In this document: one piece after another, positions 10,955-19,324 of the stretch
Layout: the number at the start of each line of letters is the position of its first letter
How positions within the stretch are numbered: the first letter of the stretch is position 1
NCBI GenBank assembly: GCA_964398815.1
Contig: CAYNNZ010000001.1
Coordinates: 1-51,070 of the forward strand
DNA: 51,070 nucleotides
Source of the DNA: an uncultured Candidatus Saccharibacteria bacterium
Lineage (GTDB): Bacteria; Patescibacteriota; Minisyncoccia; Phycocordibacterales; Phycocordibacteraceae
Direction of reading: 5' to 3'
Notes under the pieces: generated by a model
Database searches by the model: none
What the model was told of the DNA's origin: nothing
What the model saw: the letters and a program-made list of their open reading frames with translations, nothing else
Made by a program: the position numbers and the translations under genes

Positions 10955-11722
10955 CTAGGAGACCAGTTCGTAGGTGGTCCAGCGGCGCTCCCCCTTTCTA
11001 GACACCTTTCCCTCCCCCACCAGGGCGGAGAGTTCCCGTTGAATGGTCTTCTCGCTCACGTCTCGAATAACCACGGATATATCCTTTATATAGGAGGGGC
11101 CTTTCGCAGTAAGGACGTCCAATATGGCTTTTCGGCGGTCAGATCCGCCGCTTTCAGGAACATGTCCTTTAGTGTCCTTTATAGAAACCCGGGGGGTGTG
11201 TGGTGTACCCACACGAGCCGACTCCTGTCGCGCACCCGTTCCCTCGGACCCCGCGCGCCGTGCAAGCGTTGCGAGCGTCGGTGCTTCTTCGAGGAACAGA
11301 CGAGGCTCCTCGTAGGTAGCAATGTCTTCGAGAAGCGCGTGGGATTCGCGTGCAATAAGCTGGGCATTCATTACAGAAAGAAGCCCTCCTGCCTGCGCTA
11401 TCGCGAGCACGCTTGAGAGTGCGAGCAACTCGCGCGAGAGCGCATCGCGTGCAGAGAGTGGTGGCAGGGTTGCCGCATCCACAAGACCCACCGCAATGGT
11501 GTCGAGTCGGTTGCGCAGCGCGGGCGACCCAGCGAACGCTGGTGCTATGAGATGGATTGCTTTCGCCAGGCGTTCGGACTTTTTATAGATATAGACGCGT
11601 CGTATGTCCTTATCGAATATATTAGAGAATATGCCTTTTTCTAGGACAAAATTATCCATACCGCCCGACTGAGCGGTTGGTTTTATTTGATTCGTGTCCT
11701 TTTGATGTCCCTTATCGCTCAT
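10955..11722 (-). CDS. hypothetical protein with a C-terminal winged-helix DNA-binding domain
   Basis: The C-terminus RRKAILDVLTAKGPSYIKDISVVIRDVSEKTIQRELSALVGEGKVSRKGERRWTTYELV looks like a DeoR/MarR-type wHTH. Confidence 0.8.
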   Translation of the reverse strand: MSDKGHQKDTNQIKPTAQSGGMDNFVLEKGIFSNIFDKDIRRVYIYKKSERLAKAIHLIAPAFAGSPALRNRLDTIAVGLVDAATLPPLSARDALSRELLALSSVLAIAQAGGLLSVMNAQLIARESHALLEDIATYEEPRLFLEEAPTLATLARRAGSEGTGARQESARVGTPHTPRVSIKDTKGHVPESGGSDRRKAILDVLTAKGPSYIKDISVVIRDVSEKTIQRELSALVGEGKVSRKGERRWTTYELVS

Positions 11723-11822
11723 GGAATTGAGTGTCCTATAGCAGCGACAGTATAGGTCTTTGAGACAGTGGGTGCAAACCGCATGCGTCGTCCTTCGGCG
11801 AGCGCACTATCCACAGCCAAGG

Positions 11823-11831
11823 TGATAAAAT
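11823..11831 (+). promoter_or_regulatory. extended -10 element (TGaTAAAAT) 10 nt upstream of the ftsK ATG
   Basis: TGATAAAAT at 11823-11831, ATG at 11842. No Shine-Dalgarno sequence. Confidence 0.45.
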
Positions 11832-11841
11832 ACGCATACCA

Positions 11842-14004
11842 ATGAAGAAGAAACGTAAGCAGCGCGATGCTGAAAATACTAAGGCGGCGGTCAGATGGAC
11901 AGCCGCGATTCTTTGCGTTGCATTCGGACTTATTCTTGCGCTCGCCGCCTTCAATCTCGCTGGCTACGCTGGCGCCGCAATTTTTGGCTTTACCCGGGAT
12001 GAGATTGGTATCGCAGCGGTACTGCTTCCTGTACTTCTTATAGGAGGAGGCGTGGGCTTGGCGCTCGAACGCTCCTTCCTCTCTCCCCTGACACTCATTG
12101 GGCTCGCGCTTATGGTAGTAGCGATACTCACGCTCCTTGGCATTGTTTCTGCTCCGCTTGGCGGCGCACTCGGGGTTTCGGCAGGCTCTGCTGCCACTGC
12201 ATTTTTCGGTCTCTGGGGAGCGGTCATTCTGCTTCTGGCTGTCGCTGCGGTAGGGCTCATCATCGCCGCAGATGTGGTCGTCATCGCCAAAGCACTCGGA
12301 GACTTTGCCAAAGGCACGTCCGGTGCCCTCGGGTCAGTGAAGCTGCCTACCCTTTCGAAGAAGGAGCAGGCGGCACTTGAGGCAAGCGAGACGGAGGATG
12401 AGTCCGACGAACCAAAAGCAGAGACTGCAGAAGTGGAGCGGGAGCCGGTCGTCACCATGTTCGACGCACCTCGTGAGGCAGCACCGGCAGCGGGCGGCGC
12501 CATCGCGAATTTCGATGCGGAATACAACGCCCCTCCCATATCACTTCTCGGCGAGGACAAGGGTAAGCCTGGCGTCGGCGACATCAAGGCCAATGCCAAC
12601 ATCATCAAGCGTACGTTCCAAAACTTCGGCATTTCAGTGGAGATGGATGAAGTGTCGGTCGGTCCTACGGTCACCCGCTACGCCATCAAGCCGGCTGAAG
12701 GGGTGCGCCTCAATAAGATTGTCTCCCTCGTCACCAACCTGGAGCTCGCCCTTGCGGCACATCCAGTCCGTATCGAAGCGCCAATCCCAGGAAAGTCACT
12801 TGTGGGAATTGAGGTACCGAATGCCTCAAAGGCAATGGTCGGACTCGGTGGCGTGCTCTCTGCGCCTGAGTGGAGCGCTTCCAAGAAGCCGCTCCTAGCG
12901 GCAGTCGGACGCGACATCGCCGGCGTTCCTCATTATGTGAACGTCGCGAAGATGCCGCATGGTCTTATCGCCGGTGCTACCGGGTCCGGAAAATCGGTGG
13001 CCATCCACGCAGTCATCACTTCCCTCCTCTACCGCAATGGACCGAACCAGATGCGCTTCATCATGGTCGACCCGAAGCGTGTGGAGTTGACTCTCTATAA
13101 CGGCATCCCTCACCTGCTGACACCGGTTATTACTGACCCGAAGAAGACCATCATGGCGCTCAAGTGGGCAGCGAAGGAAATGGATAGACGTTACAACGTA
13201 CTCGAGTCAGAGCGCGTCCGTGATATCGAGTCCTACCATCAGACCGTGTTCGAGCCAGCAAAGAAGAAGGGTAAGTCAGACATGCCGGAGGCCATGCCGT
13301 ATATCGTCATCGTCATCGACGAGCTTGCCGATATCATGCAGAGTTACCCGCGCGAGCTCGAGGCAGCCATCGTCCGTCTCGCCCAGATGTCCCGCGCCGT
13401 CGGTATTCACCTCATCCTTTCCACACAGCGCCCGTCGGTGAATGTCATCACCGGCCTCATCAAGGCGAACGTGCCGACCCGTATGGCGCTCCAGGTGGCA
13501 AGTCAGATAGACTCACGCACCATTCTCGACGGTCCGGGTGCAGAGTCCCTGCTTGGTGCAGGCGACATGCTCTATCTCTCTGCCGATATGCAGAAGCCGG
13601 TACGCCTCCAGACTGCCTACATCAGCGAGCAGGAGGTGAAGAAGGTGTCCGAATACATCAAGAAGCACAACGCAGGTGCGCTTGACGCACTCGACCTAGG
13701 CGGAGGCTCTGGAGGCGCTACCCATGAGGCGAACGATGTTATGTCCATGGGCGGTTTCGATTCGGGTGATGACGACGCCGACGACGATATGTATGAAGAC
13801 GCGAAGGCGGCAGTCGAGGAGGCTGGGCGCGCGTCTACCTCCTACCTGCAGCGCAAACTACGCATCGGCTACAGCCGCGCCGCCCGCCTCATGGACATTC
13901 TTGAGCAGAAAGGGGTTATCGGACCTGCTGACGGCTCCCGCCCGCGCGAGATAATCAGCGGAGGGGCACCGGCGGCCCCAGCCGCCACCGAGGAGGAGTT
14001 CTAG
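11842..14004 (+). CDS. ftsK: DNA translocase FtsK/SpoIIIE
   Basis: N-terminal TM helices, acidic linker, Walker A (GATGSGKSV), Walker B (VIVIDELADIM), and a C-terminal gamma winged-helix (TSYLQRKLRIGYSRAARLMDILEQKGVIG). Confidence 0.95.
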   Translation: MKKKRKQRDAENTKAAVRWTAAILCVAFGLILALAAFNLAGYAGAAIFGFTRDEIGIAAVLLPVLLIGGGVGLALERSFLSPLTLIGLALMVVAILTLLGIVSAPLGGALGVSAGSAATAFFGLWGAVILLLAVAAVGLIIAADVVVIAKALGDFAKGTSGALGSVKLPTLSKKEQAALEASETEDESDEPKAETAEVEREPVVTMFDAPREAAPAAGGAIANFDAEYNAPPISLLGEDKGKPGVGDIKANANIIKRTFQNFGISVEMDEVSVGPTVTRYAIKPAEGVRLNKIVSLVTNLELALAAHPVRIEAPIPGKSLVGIEVPNASKAMVGLGGVLSAPEWSASKKPLLAAVGRDIAGVPHYVNVAKMPHGLIAGATGSGKSVAIHAVITSLLYRNGPNQMRFIMVDPKRVELTLYNGIPHLLTPVITDPKKTIMALKWAAKEMDRRYNVLESERVRDIESYHQTVFEPAKKKGKSDMPEAMPYIVIVIDELADIMQSYPRELEAAIVRLAQMSRAVGIHLILSTQRPSVNVITGLIKANVPTRMALQVASQIDSRTILDGPGAESLLGAGDMLYLSADMQKPVRLQTAYISEQEVKKVSEYIKKHNAGALDALDLGGGSGGATHEANDVMSMGGFDSGDDDADDDMYEDAKAAVEEAGRASTSYLQRKLRIGYSRAARLMDILEQKGVIGPADGSRPREIISGGAPAAPAATEEEF

Positions 14005-14007
14005 GGC

Positions 14008-14331
14008 ATGCTACGCACCCTTACCCTTCTTGCCCTTCTCGCGCTCGCCGCATACGGCATCTATAAGGCAGTTCCGCTTCTCTCGGGACCGAAAATCGTC
14101 CTGTCTTCCCCGTCGGACGATCAATCATTCCCCGGCGGCCGAGTGCTCGTAGCCGGAGTTGCGCGCAATACCGAGAACCTGACGCTCGACGGCAGTCCCC
14201 TCCTGATAGACGAGAAGGGGCATTTTTCCACCGAACTCGTACTTCCGGTCGGGGGCGCTATACTGTCCCTGACTGCGACTGACCGCTTCGGCAAGACCGA
14301 ATCCGTGCGCCGCACCATATTTGTTCCCTAA
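14008..14331 (+). CDS. small membrane-anchored protein with a beta-sandwich-like ectodomain (hypothetical)
   Basis: 107-aa ORF with an N-terminal TM/signal anchor, tightly packed between ftsK and recA. Confidence 0.7.
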   Translation: MLRTLTLLALLALAAYGIYKAVPLLSGPKIVLSSPSDDQSFPGGRVLVAGVARNTENLTLDGSPLLIDEKGHFSTELVLPVGGAILSLTATDRFGKTESVRRTIFVP

Positions 14332-14341
14332 TCAATACGTT

Positions 14342-15400
14342 ATGCCCGCAAAGAAAGCTTCCAAGAAAACAGCTAAGACCACTCCTGTAGCCGAGGAGGG
14401 AGAACTGACGAGCGCCGACTCGAAGGCGAAGTCCATCGAGCTCGCCATCCGCGAAATCAAGACGAAATTCGGCGACGAGGCCATCATGACCTACGGCGCA
14501 GGAAAGGTCGCAGCGATTCCTTCGATTCCGACGGGCTCATTGGGACTTGACTATGCGCTTGGCATTGGCGGACTTCCCCGCGGACGCATCATCGAGATTT
14601 TCGGACCCGAATCATCCGGCAAGACCACGCTCGCACTCCATGTCATCGCTGAGGCGCAAAAGAAGGGTGGTATCTGCGCATTCGTCGACGCAGAGCATGC
14701 GCTTGATCCGGAGTATGCGCGCAAGATTGGTGTGAAGCTTCAGGAGCTGCTTATCTCGCAGCCAGACACCGGAGAGCAGGCACTCGAAATTGTCGAGTCG
14801 CTGGTGCGCGCGAACTCCATCGATGTCATTGTCGTGGACTCGGTCGCCGCACTCACACCGAAAGATGAAATCGAAGGCGATATGGGTTCTGCACAAATGG
14901 GAAAGCAGGCGCGCCTCATGTCCCAGGCGCTTCGAAAGCTCACTGCCATCACCAGCAAGTCGAAGACCATCATCATCTTCATCAATCAAATCCGCATGCA
15001 GATTGGGGTGATGTTCGGAAATCCAGAGACCACGACCGGCGGCAAAGCGCTTAAGTTCTACACGTCCGTGCGCCTCGATATCCGCCGCATCGCGCAGATA
15101 AAGAAGGGTGAGGAAATAGTGGGCGGACGCGTGCGCGTCAAAGTCGTGAAGAACAAGGTCGCGGCACCATTTAAGACGACCGAATTCGACCTTCTCTACA
15201 ACGAGGGCATCAGCCGCGAAGGCGAACTCATCGCGCTCGGTGAGAAATACGATATCCTCCAGAAGTCAGGGAGTAGCTACAAGTACGGAGACGTGGCACT
15301 TGGCCGCGGGTACGACGCAACCCGTACCTTCCTGCGGGAAAATAAGCAGGTGGCAGGTGAAATCCTGAAGCAGATTCGAGAGAAACTTGCAGCAGAGTAA
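14342..15400 (+). CDS. recA: recombinase RecA
   Basis: [51 protein letters not shown]... Start is set at ATG 14342 to avoid overlap; the Lys-rich N-terminal tail is longer than in E. coli RecA. Confidence 0.96.
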   Translation: MPAKKASKKTAKTTPVAEEGELTSADSKAKSIELAIREIKTKFGDEAIMTYGAGKVAAIPSIPTGSLGLDYALGIGGLPRGRIIEIFGPESSGKTTLALHVIAEAQKKGGICAFVDAEHALDPEYARKIGVKLQELLISQPDTGEQALEIVESLVRANSIDVIVVDSVAALTPKDEIEGDMGSAQMGKQARLMSQALRKLTAITSKSKTIIIFINQIRMQIGVMFGNPETTTGGKALKFYTSVRLDIRRIAQIKKGEEIVGGRVRVKVVKNKVAAPFKTTEFDLLYNEGISREGELIALGEKYDILQKSGSSYKYGDVALGRGYDATRTFLRENKQVAGEILKQIREKLAAE

Positions 15401-15406
15401 GCAAAA

Positions 15407-15437
15407 GAAAAAGCCGGTCCTCTGGACCGGCTTTTTC
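15407..15437 (+). terminator. intrinsic terminator after recA
   Basis: GAAAAAGCCGGTCC-TCT-GGACCGGCTTTTTC. Confidence 0.85.
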
Positions 15438-15451
15438 TTGCGTGTGGGAAG

Positions 15452-15805
15452 TTACGCGAAGCGCTGACCTATCGGACGAGCGAGTACCATCTCGCGGAGT
15501 GCGAACACGAATGCTCCGCCTGCGAGGATGGTAAGCGCCTGAACGATAAAGCGCGTATTAAGAAACGCTGAGACGAAGAACCTCACCACTGCGGATATGT
15601 CGCTTGCACTCGGCATATTCGCAATCACATGCGCCACCCACACTTCCCTCCCGATGCCCCAGACCGCAATCAGAAAGAGCACGCTTGCGAGCGCAGTTCC
15701 TGAAACGAACGGACGGAGCGCATGCATGATGCGAATGCGCTGCATGACGACACGGGATACGGAAGAAGAGGTGGTCATAGATTCGTTGTTAAGAAGTCTC
15801 ATCAA
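15452..15805 (-). CDS. membrane protein downstream of the ECF sigma factor (possible anti-sigma factor)
   Basis: Three predicted TM helices, overlapping or adjacent to the sigma gene stop. The function is inferred only from position. An alternative start at 15778 would avoid the overlap. Confidence 0.6.
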   Translation of the reverse strand: MMRLLNNESMTTSSSVSRVVMQRIRIMHALRPFVSGTALASVLFLIAVWGIGREVWVAHVIANMPSASDISAVVRFFVSAFLNTRFIVQALTILAGGAFVFALREMVLARPIGQRFA

Positions 15806-16445
15806 TGGCTTGTTTGAATAATTTCTTGGCGCGGTGGACGCGAGTCTTCACTGCAGATACGGAAGCACCCTCGCTCGCAGCAATTTCCTCCTGGGTCTTC
15901 CCTTCGAGGAATTGGAGGGAGAGTATGCGGGCCGCTGACTCCGGGATTCGGGCGAGCGCTACCAGCACCTCATCTTTAACCACGAGTTCGTCTCGAAAGT
16001 CGCTCTCATCCGGCAGGCGCTCATACGTCTCGGTTTCAAGCGGTGCCGTCGCCTTGCGATGCTTAGATAGCTTGTTGTACCGCGTGAACGCCAGACGGGT
16101 CAGAATCATGTAGGCCCAGGACGAGAAACTGGCCCCCTCCTGCGGCTGGTAGCGGTCGGCATACAGGTAGATGCGGGTAAACGTATCCTGCACCACCTCC
16201 TCAGCGTCCTCTTTTGAATACAGGATGGAACGGGCTTTTCGGAGGAATGCTTCCTCGTAACGGGCCAAAAGGACCGCAAAGAGGTCAGGATTCTGCCTTG
16301 AGGCGCGAAGCACCTCCTCGTCAGATAACGCCTCGAGTTCCTCGCTTGAAAACCGCATTATGTCCTGTATCATACCCCCATTCTTGTTCGCTTGGGCATT
16401 TTTTATAACTAACGGCATCGTCTCCACGTTGCTCCCCTCATTCAC
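15789..16445 (-). CDS. RNA polymerase sigma-70 family factor, ECF-type
   Basis: Region 2 (VQDTFTRIYLYADRYQPQEGASFSSWAYMILTRLAF) and region 4 HTH (GKTQEEIAASEGASVSAVKTRVHRAKKLFKQ). The true start is probably internal (ATG 16373 or 16358), because the 16445 start sits 2 nt from the divergent efp ATG. Confidence 0.85.
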   Translation of the reverse strand: MNEGSNVETMPLVIKNAQANKNGGMIQDIMRFSSEELEALSDEEVLRASRQNPDLFAVLLARYEEAFLRKARSILYSKEDAEEVVQDTFTRIYLYADRYQPQEGASFSSWAYMILTRLAFTRYNKLSKHRKATAPLETETYERLPDESDFRDELVVKDEVLVALARIPESAARILSLQFLEGKTQEEIAASEGASVSAVKTRVHRAKKLFKQAIDETS

Positions 16446-16447
16446 CT

Positions 16448-17023
16448 ATGGCAATCCTCTCGTATAACGAAATCGTCCAGAAAAAGGTCATCGTCTATAA
16501 CGGCGAGCCCTATGAAGTCCTCTCCTCCCACGTGTTCCGCATGCAGCAGAGGAAGCCGGTGAACCAGACGAAGCTCCGCCACCTCGTGACCGGAAAGGTT
16601 ACTGAAATCTCCTTCCACCAGAACGAGAACGTTCCAGAGGCTGATATTTCGCGCATGGAAGCAATTTACCTCTATACAAACCGCGGCGAGAGCTGGTTCA
16701 CAGAGGCAGGCAATCCGAAGAACCGCTTCTCCTTCCCTGAGGAGGTGGTCCACGAGAAAGTGCAGTGGCTGATTCAGAACGCACCGGTGGAAGTCATGCT
16801 CTACAACGAGAAGCCCATCACACTCGATATTCCTATAAAGGTGGAGTTGAAAGTGACTGACGCACCTCCTGCAGTAAAGGGCGACACCGCGACTGGCGGC
16901 AACAAGATTGCGACACTCGAGAGCGGCGCGACCGTGCTGACTCCCCTCTTCATTAATCCAGGCGATGTGCTTCGCATCAACACGGATACGGGTGAGTACG
17001 TTGAACGCGTGAATAAGGCATAA
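16448..17023 (+). CDS. efp: elongation factor P
   Basis: Full-length similarity to EF-P (..VTDAPPAVKGDTATGGNKIATLESGATVLTPLFINPGDVLRINTDTGEYVERV). The loop that normally reads KPGKG is divergent. Confidence 0.92.
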   Translation: MAILSYNEIVQKKVIVYNGEPYEVLSSHVFRMQQRKPVNQTKLRHLVTGKVTEISFHQNENVPEADISRMEAIYLYTNRGESWFTEAGNPKNRFSFPEEVVHEKVQWLIQNAPVEVMLYNEKPITLDIPIKVELKVTDAPPAVKGDTATGGNKIATLESGATVLTPLFINPGDVLRINTDTGEYVERVNKA

Positions 17024-17111
17024 GGGGGCGTTCGGGTAATTAATCGGTGGGTGCGCTCGAGGCCGCTCGGCCATGCTTAACCCCACCGATTAACTACCCT
17101 CACTGGTGAGG

Positions 17112-17147
17112 AAAGAGAAAACCGCCCTTTCGGGCGGTTTTCTCTTT
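17112..17147. terminator. bidirectional intrinsic terminator between efp and rpsR
   Basis: AAAGAGAAAACCGCCC-TTTC-GGGCGGTTTTCTCTTT, with A/T tracts on both sides. Confidence 0.85.
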
Positions 17148-17158
17148 CCTTCGGTTAC

Positions 17159-17365
17159 TTACGCGGCGAGGTACGGCATGAGTGCCATATAGCGGGCTCG
17201 CTTGATTGCGAGCGCTATCTCGCGCTGCTTGTCGCTTGAGATGCCGGTGCGCTTCTTGCCTAGGATTTTTGCGTGCGGATTAGTGAACTGGCGGAGGTAC
17301 GGGACATCCTTGTAGTCCACGAACTTCTTGTGTTCAATCTCCTCGCGTTCTGCTTGATATGCCAT
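17159..17365 (-). CDS. rpsR: 30S ribosomal protein S18
   Basis: FVDYKDVPYLRQFTNPHAKILGKKRTGISSDKQREIALAIKRARYMALMPY. Confidence 0.93.
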   Translation of the reverse strand: MAYQAEREEIEHKKFVDYKDVPYLRQFTNPHAKILGKKRTGISSDKQREIALAIKRARYMALMPYLAA

Positions 17366-17371
17366 GGTTGG

Positions 17372-17400
17372 AATCTATGTGAGTGATAAGAATTTGTCAA
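17372..17400 (-). promoter_or_regulatory. sigma70-type promoter ending 6 nt before the rpsR ATG (leaderless transcript predicted)
   Basis: Minus strand TTGACA (17400-17395), 17-nt spacer, TAGATT (17377-17372), then GGTTGG reverse-complemented (6 nt), then ATG (17365). Confidence 0.55.
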
Positions 17401-17502
17401 AAGGATGCAGATGCGAGGCACGGGAGGCTGATTTTCGTAAACGTACGAATAGTACGGTGGAGAAAATCAGCGGGACCCGTAACAAAGCAGGTGCGGCTTT
17501 TG
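17398..17502. ncRNA. conserved rod-like structured RNA element, copy A (unknown family; strand unresolved)
   Basis: Shares CAGATGCGAGGCACGGGA and GGGACCCGTAAC(A/G)AAGCAGGTG with copy B at 37114-37213. Three helices differ in sequence between the copies but stay fully paired. Confidence 0.6.
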
Positions 17503-17513
17503 GAAAATTCGGT

Positions 17514-17966
17514 TTAGAACGGGATGTCCTCCGGGTTTATCTCTTCGTCTGGGTACTGAATTTCGTCAGCGGATGATGGCATCGATGAACCCATGTCGTC
17601 GGCCGGTGCGCTCGAACGAGCACCACCTCCTTCTCCGCGGCCGCCATCTGCACCGAACTGGAACTGCTCCACGATGATTTCGGTGCGGTACTGCTTCGCG
17701 CCATCCTTTTCCCATGTGCGGGTCTGAAGGCGTCCCTCTACGAATATCGGGCGTCCCTTCTTCAGGTACTGACCGATAACCTCTGCCGTGCGGCCGAATG
17801 CCACGACGTTGTGGAACTCAGTCTGCTCCTGGCGAGCGCCGTTCTTATCCTTATAGGAACGATTAGTAGCAATGGCGAAATTCGCGACCTGCTGGCCAGA
17901 CGGAAGTGCTTTTACTTCCGGGTCGCGAGTCAGGTTTCCGTATAGCTCTACTTTGTTGATGTACAT
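17514..17966 (-). CDS. ssb: single-stranded DNA-binding protein
   Basis: OB fold (MYINKVELYGNLTRDPEVKALPSGQQVANFAIATNRSYKDKNG...), a Gly-rich linker, and the acidic tip ...EDIPF. Confidence 0.95.
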   Translation of the reverse strand: MYINKVELYGNLTRDPEVKALPSGQQVANFAIATNRSYKDKNGARQEQTEFHNVVAFGRTAEVIGQYLKKGRPIFVEGRLQTRTWEKDGAKQYRTEIIVEQFQFGADGGRGEGGGARSSAPADDMGSSMPSSADEIQYPDEEINPEDIPF

Positions 17967-17981
17967 ACGTAGAGTATACGC

Positions 17982-18485
17982 CTATGCCGCACCTGCTTCC
18001 TTGAGCGCCGCATCGAGTTCGGTGTCAGACACCTCCTCCTCGACCGCTTCATTCTCTTCGTTCGGGGTGCGAGCGTAGATCTCTGCGATTTCCTCGGAAT
18101 GCTTTGCGGCATCCTTGGTGGTGCGCAAATCGAGGAAGCGGATGACGCGGTTCTCTGCCTTTACGGCCTCAAGTACTGCATCATGTCCCTCGCCGAGTGC
18201 CTCGTAGGCAATCCAGCAGAAGAACGCACTCGTGAAATCACGGCGGCCGTTCTGCTCGCTGCGCGAGATGGTGTACGCAAGCGGAATCTTCATCGGCTCG
18301 CCCTCGGCGACGATGGTTCCTGCCTTCGCGATGGTGTCGCGCAGGCTCTGATAAGTCTTCTTCACTTCCTCGGTGGGAAGCTCAGAATCGAGGTGGAAGC
18401 CAAGCTCGTATACGCGGGATTCGTTATATCCGCCTTCGAGCTCCGGCTCGGTGCCCTCAGCACCGTTGTCGAATTCTTTTTTCAT
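17982..18485 (-). CDS. rpsF: 30S ribosomal protein S6 (divergent, with an acidic C-terminal tail)
   Basis: Canonical rpsF-ssb-rpsR gene order. The core YELGFHLDS...IPLAYTISR...FFCWIAYEA...VIRFLDLRT resembles S6. Start is set at ATG 18485, directly downstream of a promoter. Confidence 0.75.
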   Translation of the reverse strand: MKKEFDNGAEGTEPELEGGYNESRVYELGFHLDSELPTEEVKKTYQSLRDTIAKAGTIVAEGEPMKIPLAYTISRSEQNGRRDFTSAFFCWIAYEALGEGHDAVLEAVKAENRVIRFLDLRTTKDAAKHSEEIAEIYARTPNEENEAVEEEVSDTELDAALKEAGAA

Positions 18486-18493
18486 ACCGCCGC

Positions 18494-18522
18494 ACTGTAC
18501 CACGCGGCCCTAGGAGCGGCAA
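18494..18522 (-). promoter_or_regulatory. promoter with an extended -10, 8 nt upstream of the rpsF ATG
   Basis: Minus strand TTGCCG (18522-18517), 17-nt spacer, TGg TACAGT (18502-18494), 8 nt, ATG (18485). Confidence 0.5.
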
Positions 18523-18530
18523 CGAACCGC

Positions 18531-19322
18531 CTAGATACTGAACATTCTGCGGGAGTTGGAGAGAAGCGCCTCACGGACCATCTCCTCGTCTTCGCCCCGG
18601 ATGCGGGCAATGGCGGCAACCACATCGCGGGTCGCAAGCGGCGTATTTCGTTCGCCGCGCTTCCCTGCCGGAGCGGCATAGGGAGAGTCAGTTTCAGACA
18701 GGATGGATGAAAGCGGTACGGAGCGTACGACCTCATCGTAGTCCGAGGTAAAGGTGAGCACTGCTGTATAGGAAATAGTGAACCCGAGCGCGACGATGCG
18801 TGAAGCAGTAGCAGCATCACCTACAAAGAAATGAAAATCGCCGGTAAGAGACGGGTTGTTCTCCTTCGCGCGTTCGAGCATCTCGAGTGCATCCTCGTAC
18901 GCATCAACCGTGCCCTTGGTAGGACGCGCATGAATGATGAGTGGCTTACCAACTTCAATCGCAAGGTTGATGTGGTCCTGGAATAAATTCTTCTGTTTCC
19001 GCCTTAACTCAGTGTCTATTGTTTCAGGCCTGAAATAGTCGAGACCGCACTCCCCTATCGCCCGCACCTTCGGATGGACTGCGAGTGCGCGGTAGTCCGA
19101 TGCTTCATACCACTCGTCTTCCTCGTGATTCGGATGTAGGCCGACTGCTGCGTAAAGATTCTTTTCCTGTTCGACAAGCGCAAGCGCAGTGCGTGATGAG
19201 CCGATGTCACATCCGACAACGAGCCCGCCGACTTCGCTCTCACGCATGGATGCGAGCACCGCATCACGGTCCTCATCGTATTTGGGAAACTGCACGTGGC
19301 AGTGCGCATCAAAATAGCGCAT
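18531..19322 (-). CDS. tatD: TatD-family metal-dependent hydrolase/DNase
   Basis: MRYFDAHCHVQF... and the HPNHEEDEW, GECGLDY and IIHAR motifs typical of TatD. Confidence 0.9.
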   Translation of the reverse strand: MRYFDAHCHVQFPKYDEDRDAVLASMRESEVGGLVVGCDIGSSRTALALVEQEKNLYAAVGLHPNHEEDEWYEASDYRALAVHPKVRAIGECGLDYFRPETIDTELRRKQKNLFQDHINLAIEVGKPLIIHARPTKGTVDAYEDALEMLERAKENNPSLTGDFHFFVGDAATASRIVALGFTISYTAVLTFTSDYDEVVRSVPLSSILSETDSPYAAPAGKRGERNTPLATRDVVAAIARIRGEDEEMVREALLSNSRRMFSI

Positions 19323-19324
19323 GG

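Noticed and set aside
11964-12674. 236-aa minus-strand ORF antisense to ftsK
   Set aside because: It overlaps the unambiguous FtsK N-terminal and linker region. The translation is Ser/Ala/Pro low complexity, typical of antisense frames.
16442-17086. 214-aa minus-strand ORF covering efp
   Set aside because: EF-P on the plus strand is clearly homologous over its full length. The antisense translation is His/Cys/Leu-rich with no motif.
17398-17502. Possibility that the repeated rod-like element is SRP (4.5S) RNA, 6S RNA or a plain intrinsic terminator
   Set aside because: - **Against SRP RNA:** SRP RNA is single-copy and conserved at the apical GNRA-loop region, whereas here the apex is variable and the conserved parts are internal loops.
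- **Against 6S RNA:** the element is too short and lacks a central bubble.
- **Against a plain terminator:** no U tract follows copy B, which is itself followed by a separate terminator.
- I therefore kept it as an unclassified element.
18099-18820. ORFs 18099..18710 (+) and 18482..18820 (-) spanning the rpsF/tatD junction
   Set aside because: They conflict with the well-supported rpsF and tatD genes and have no independent support.
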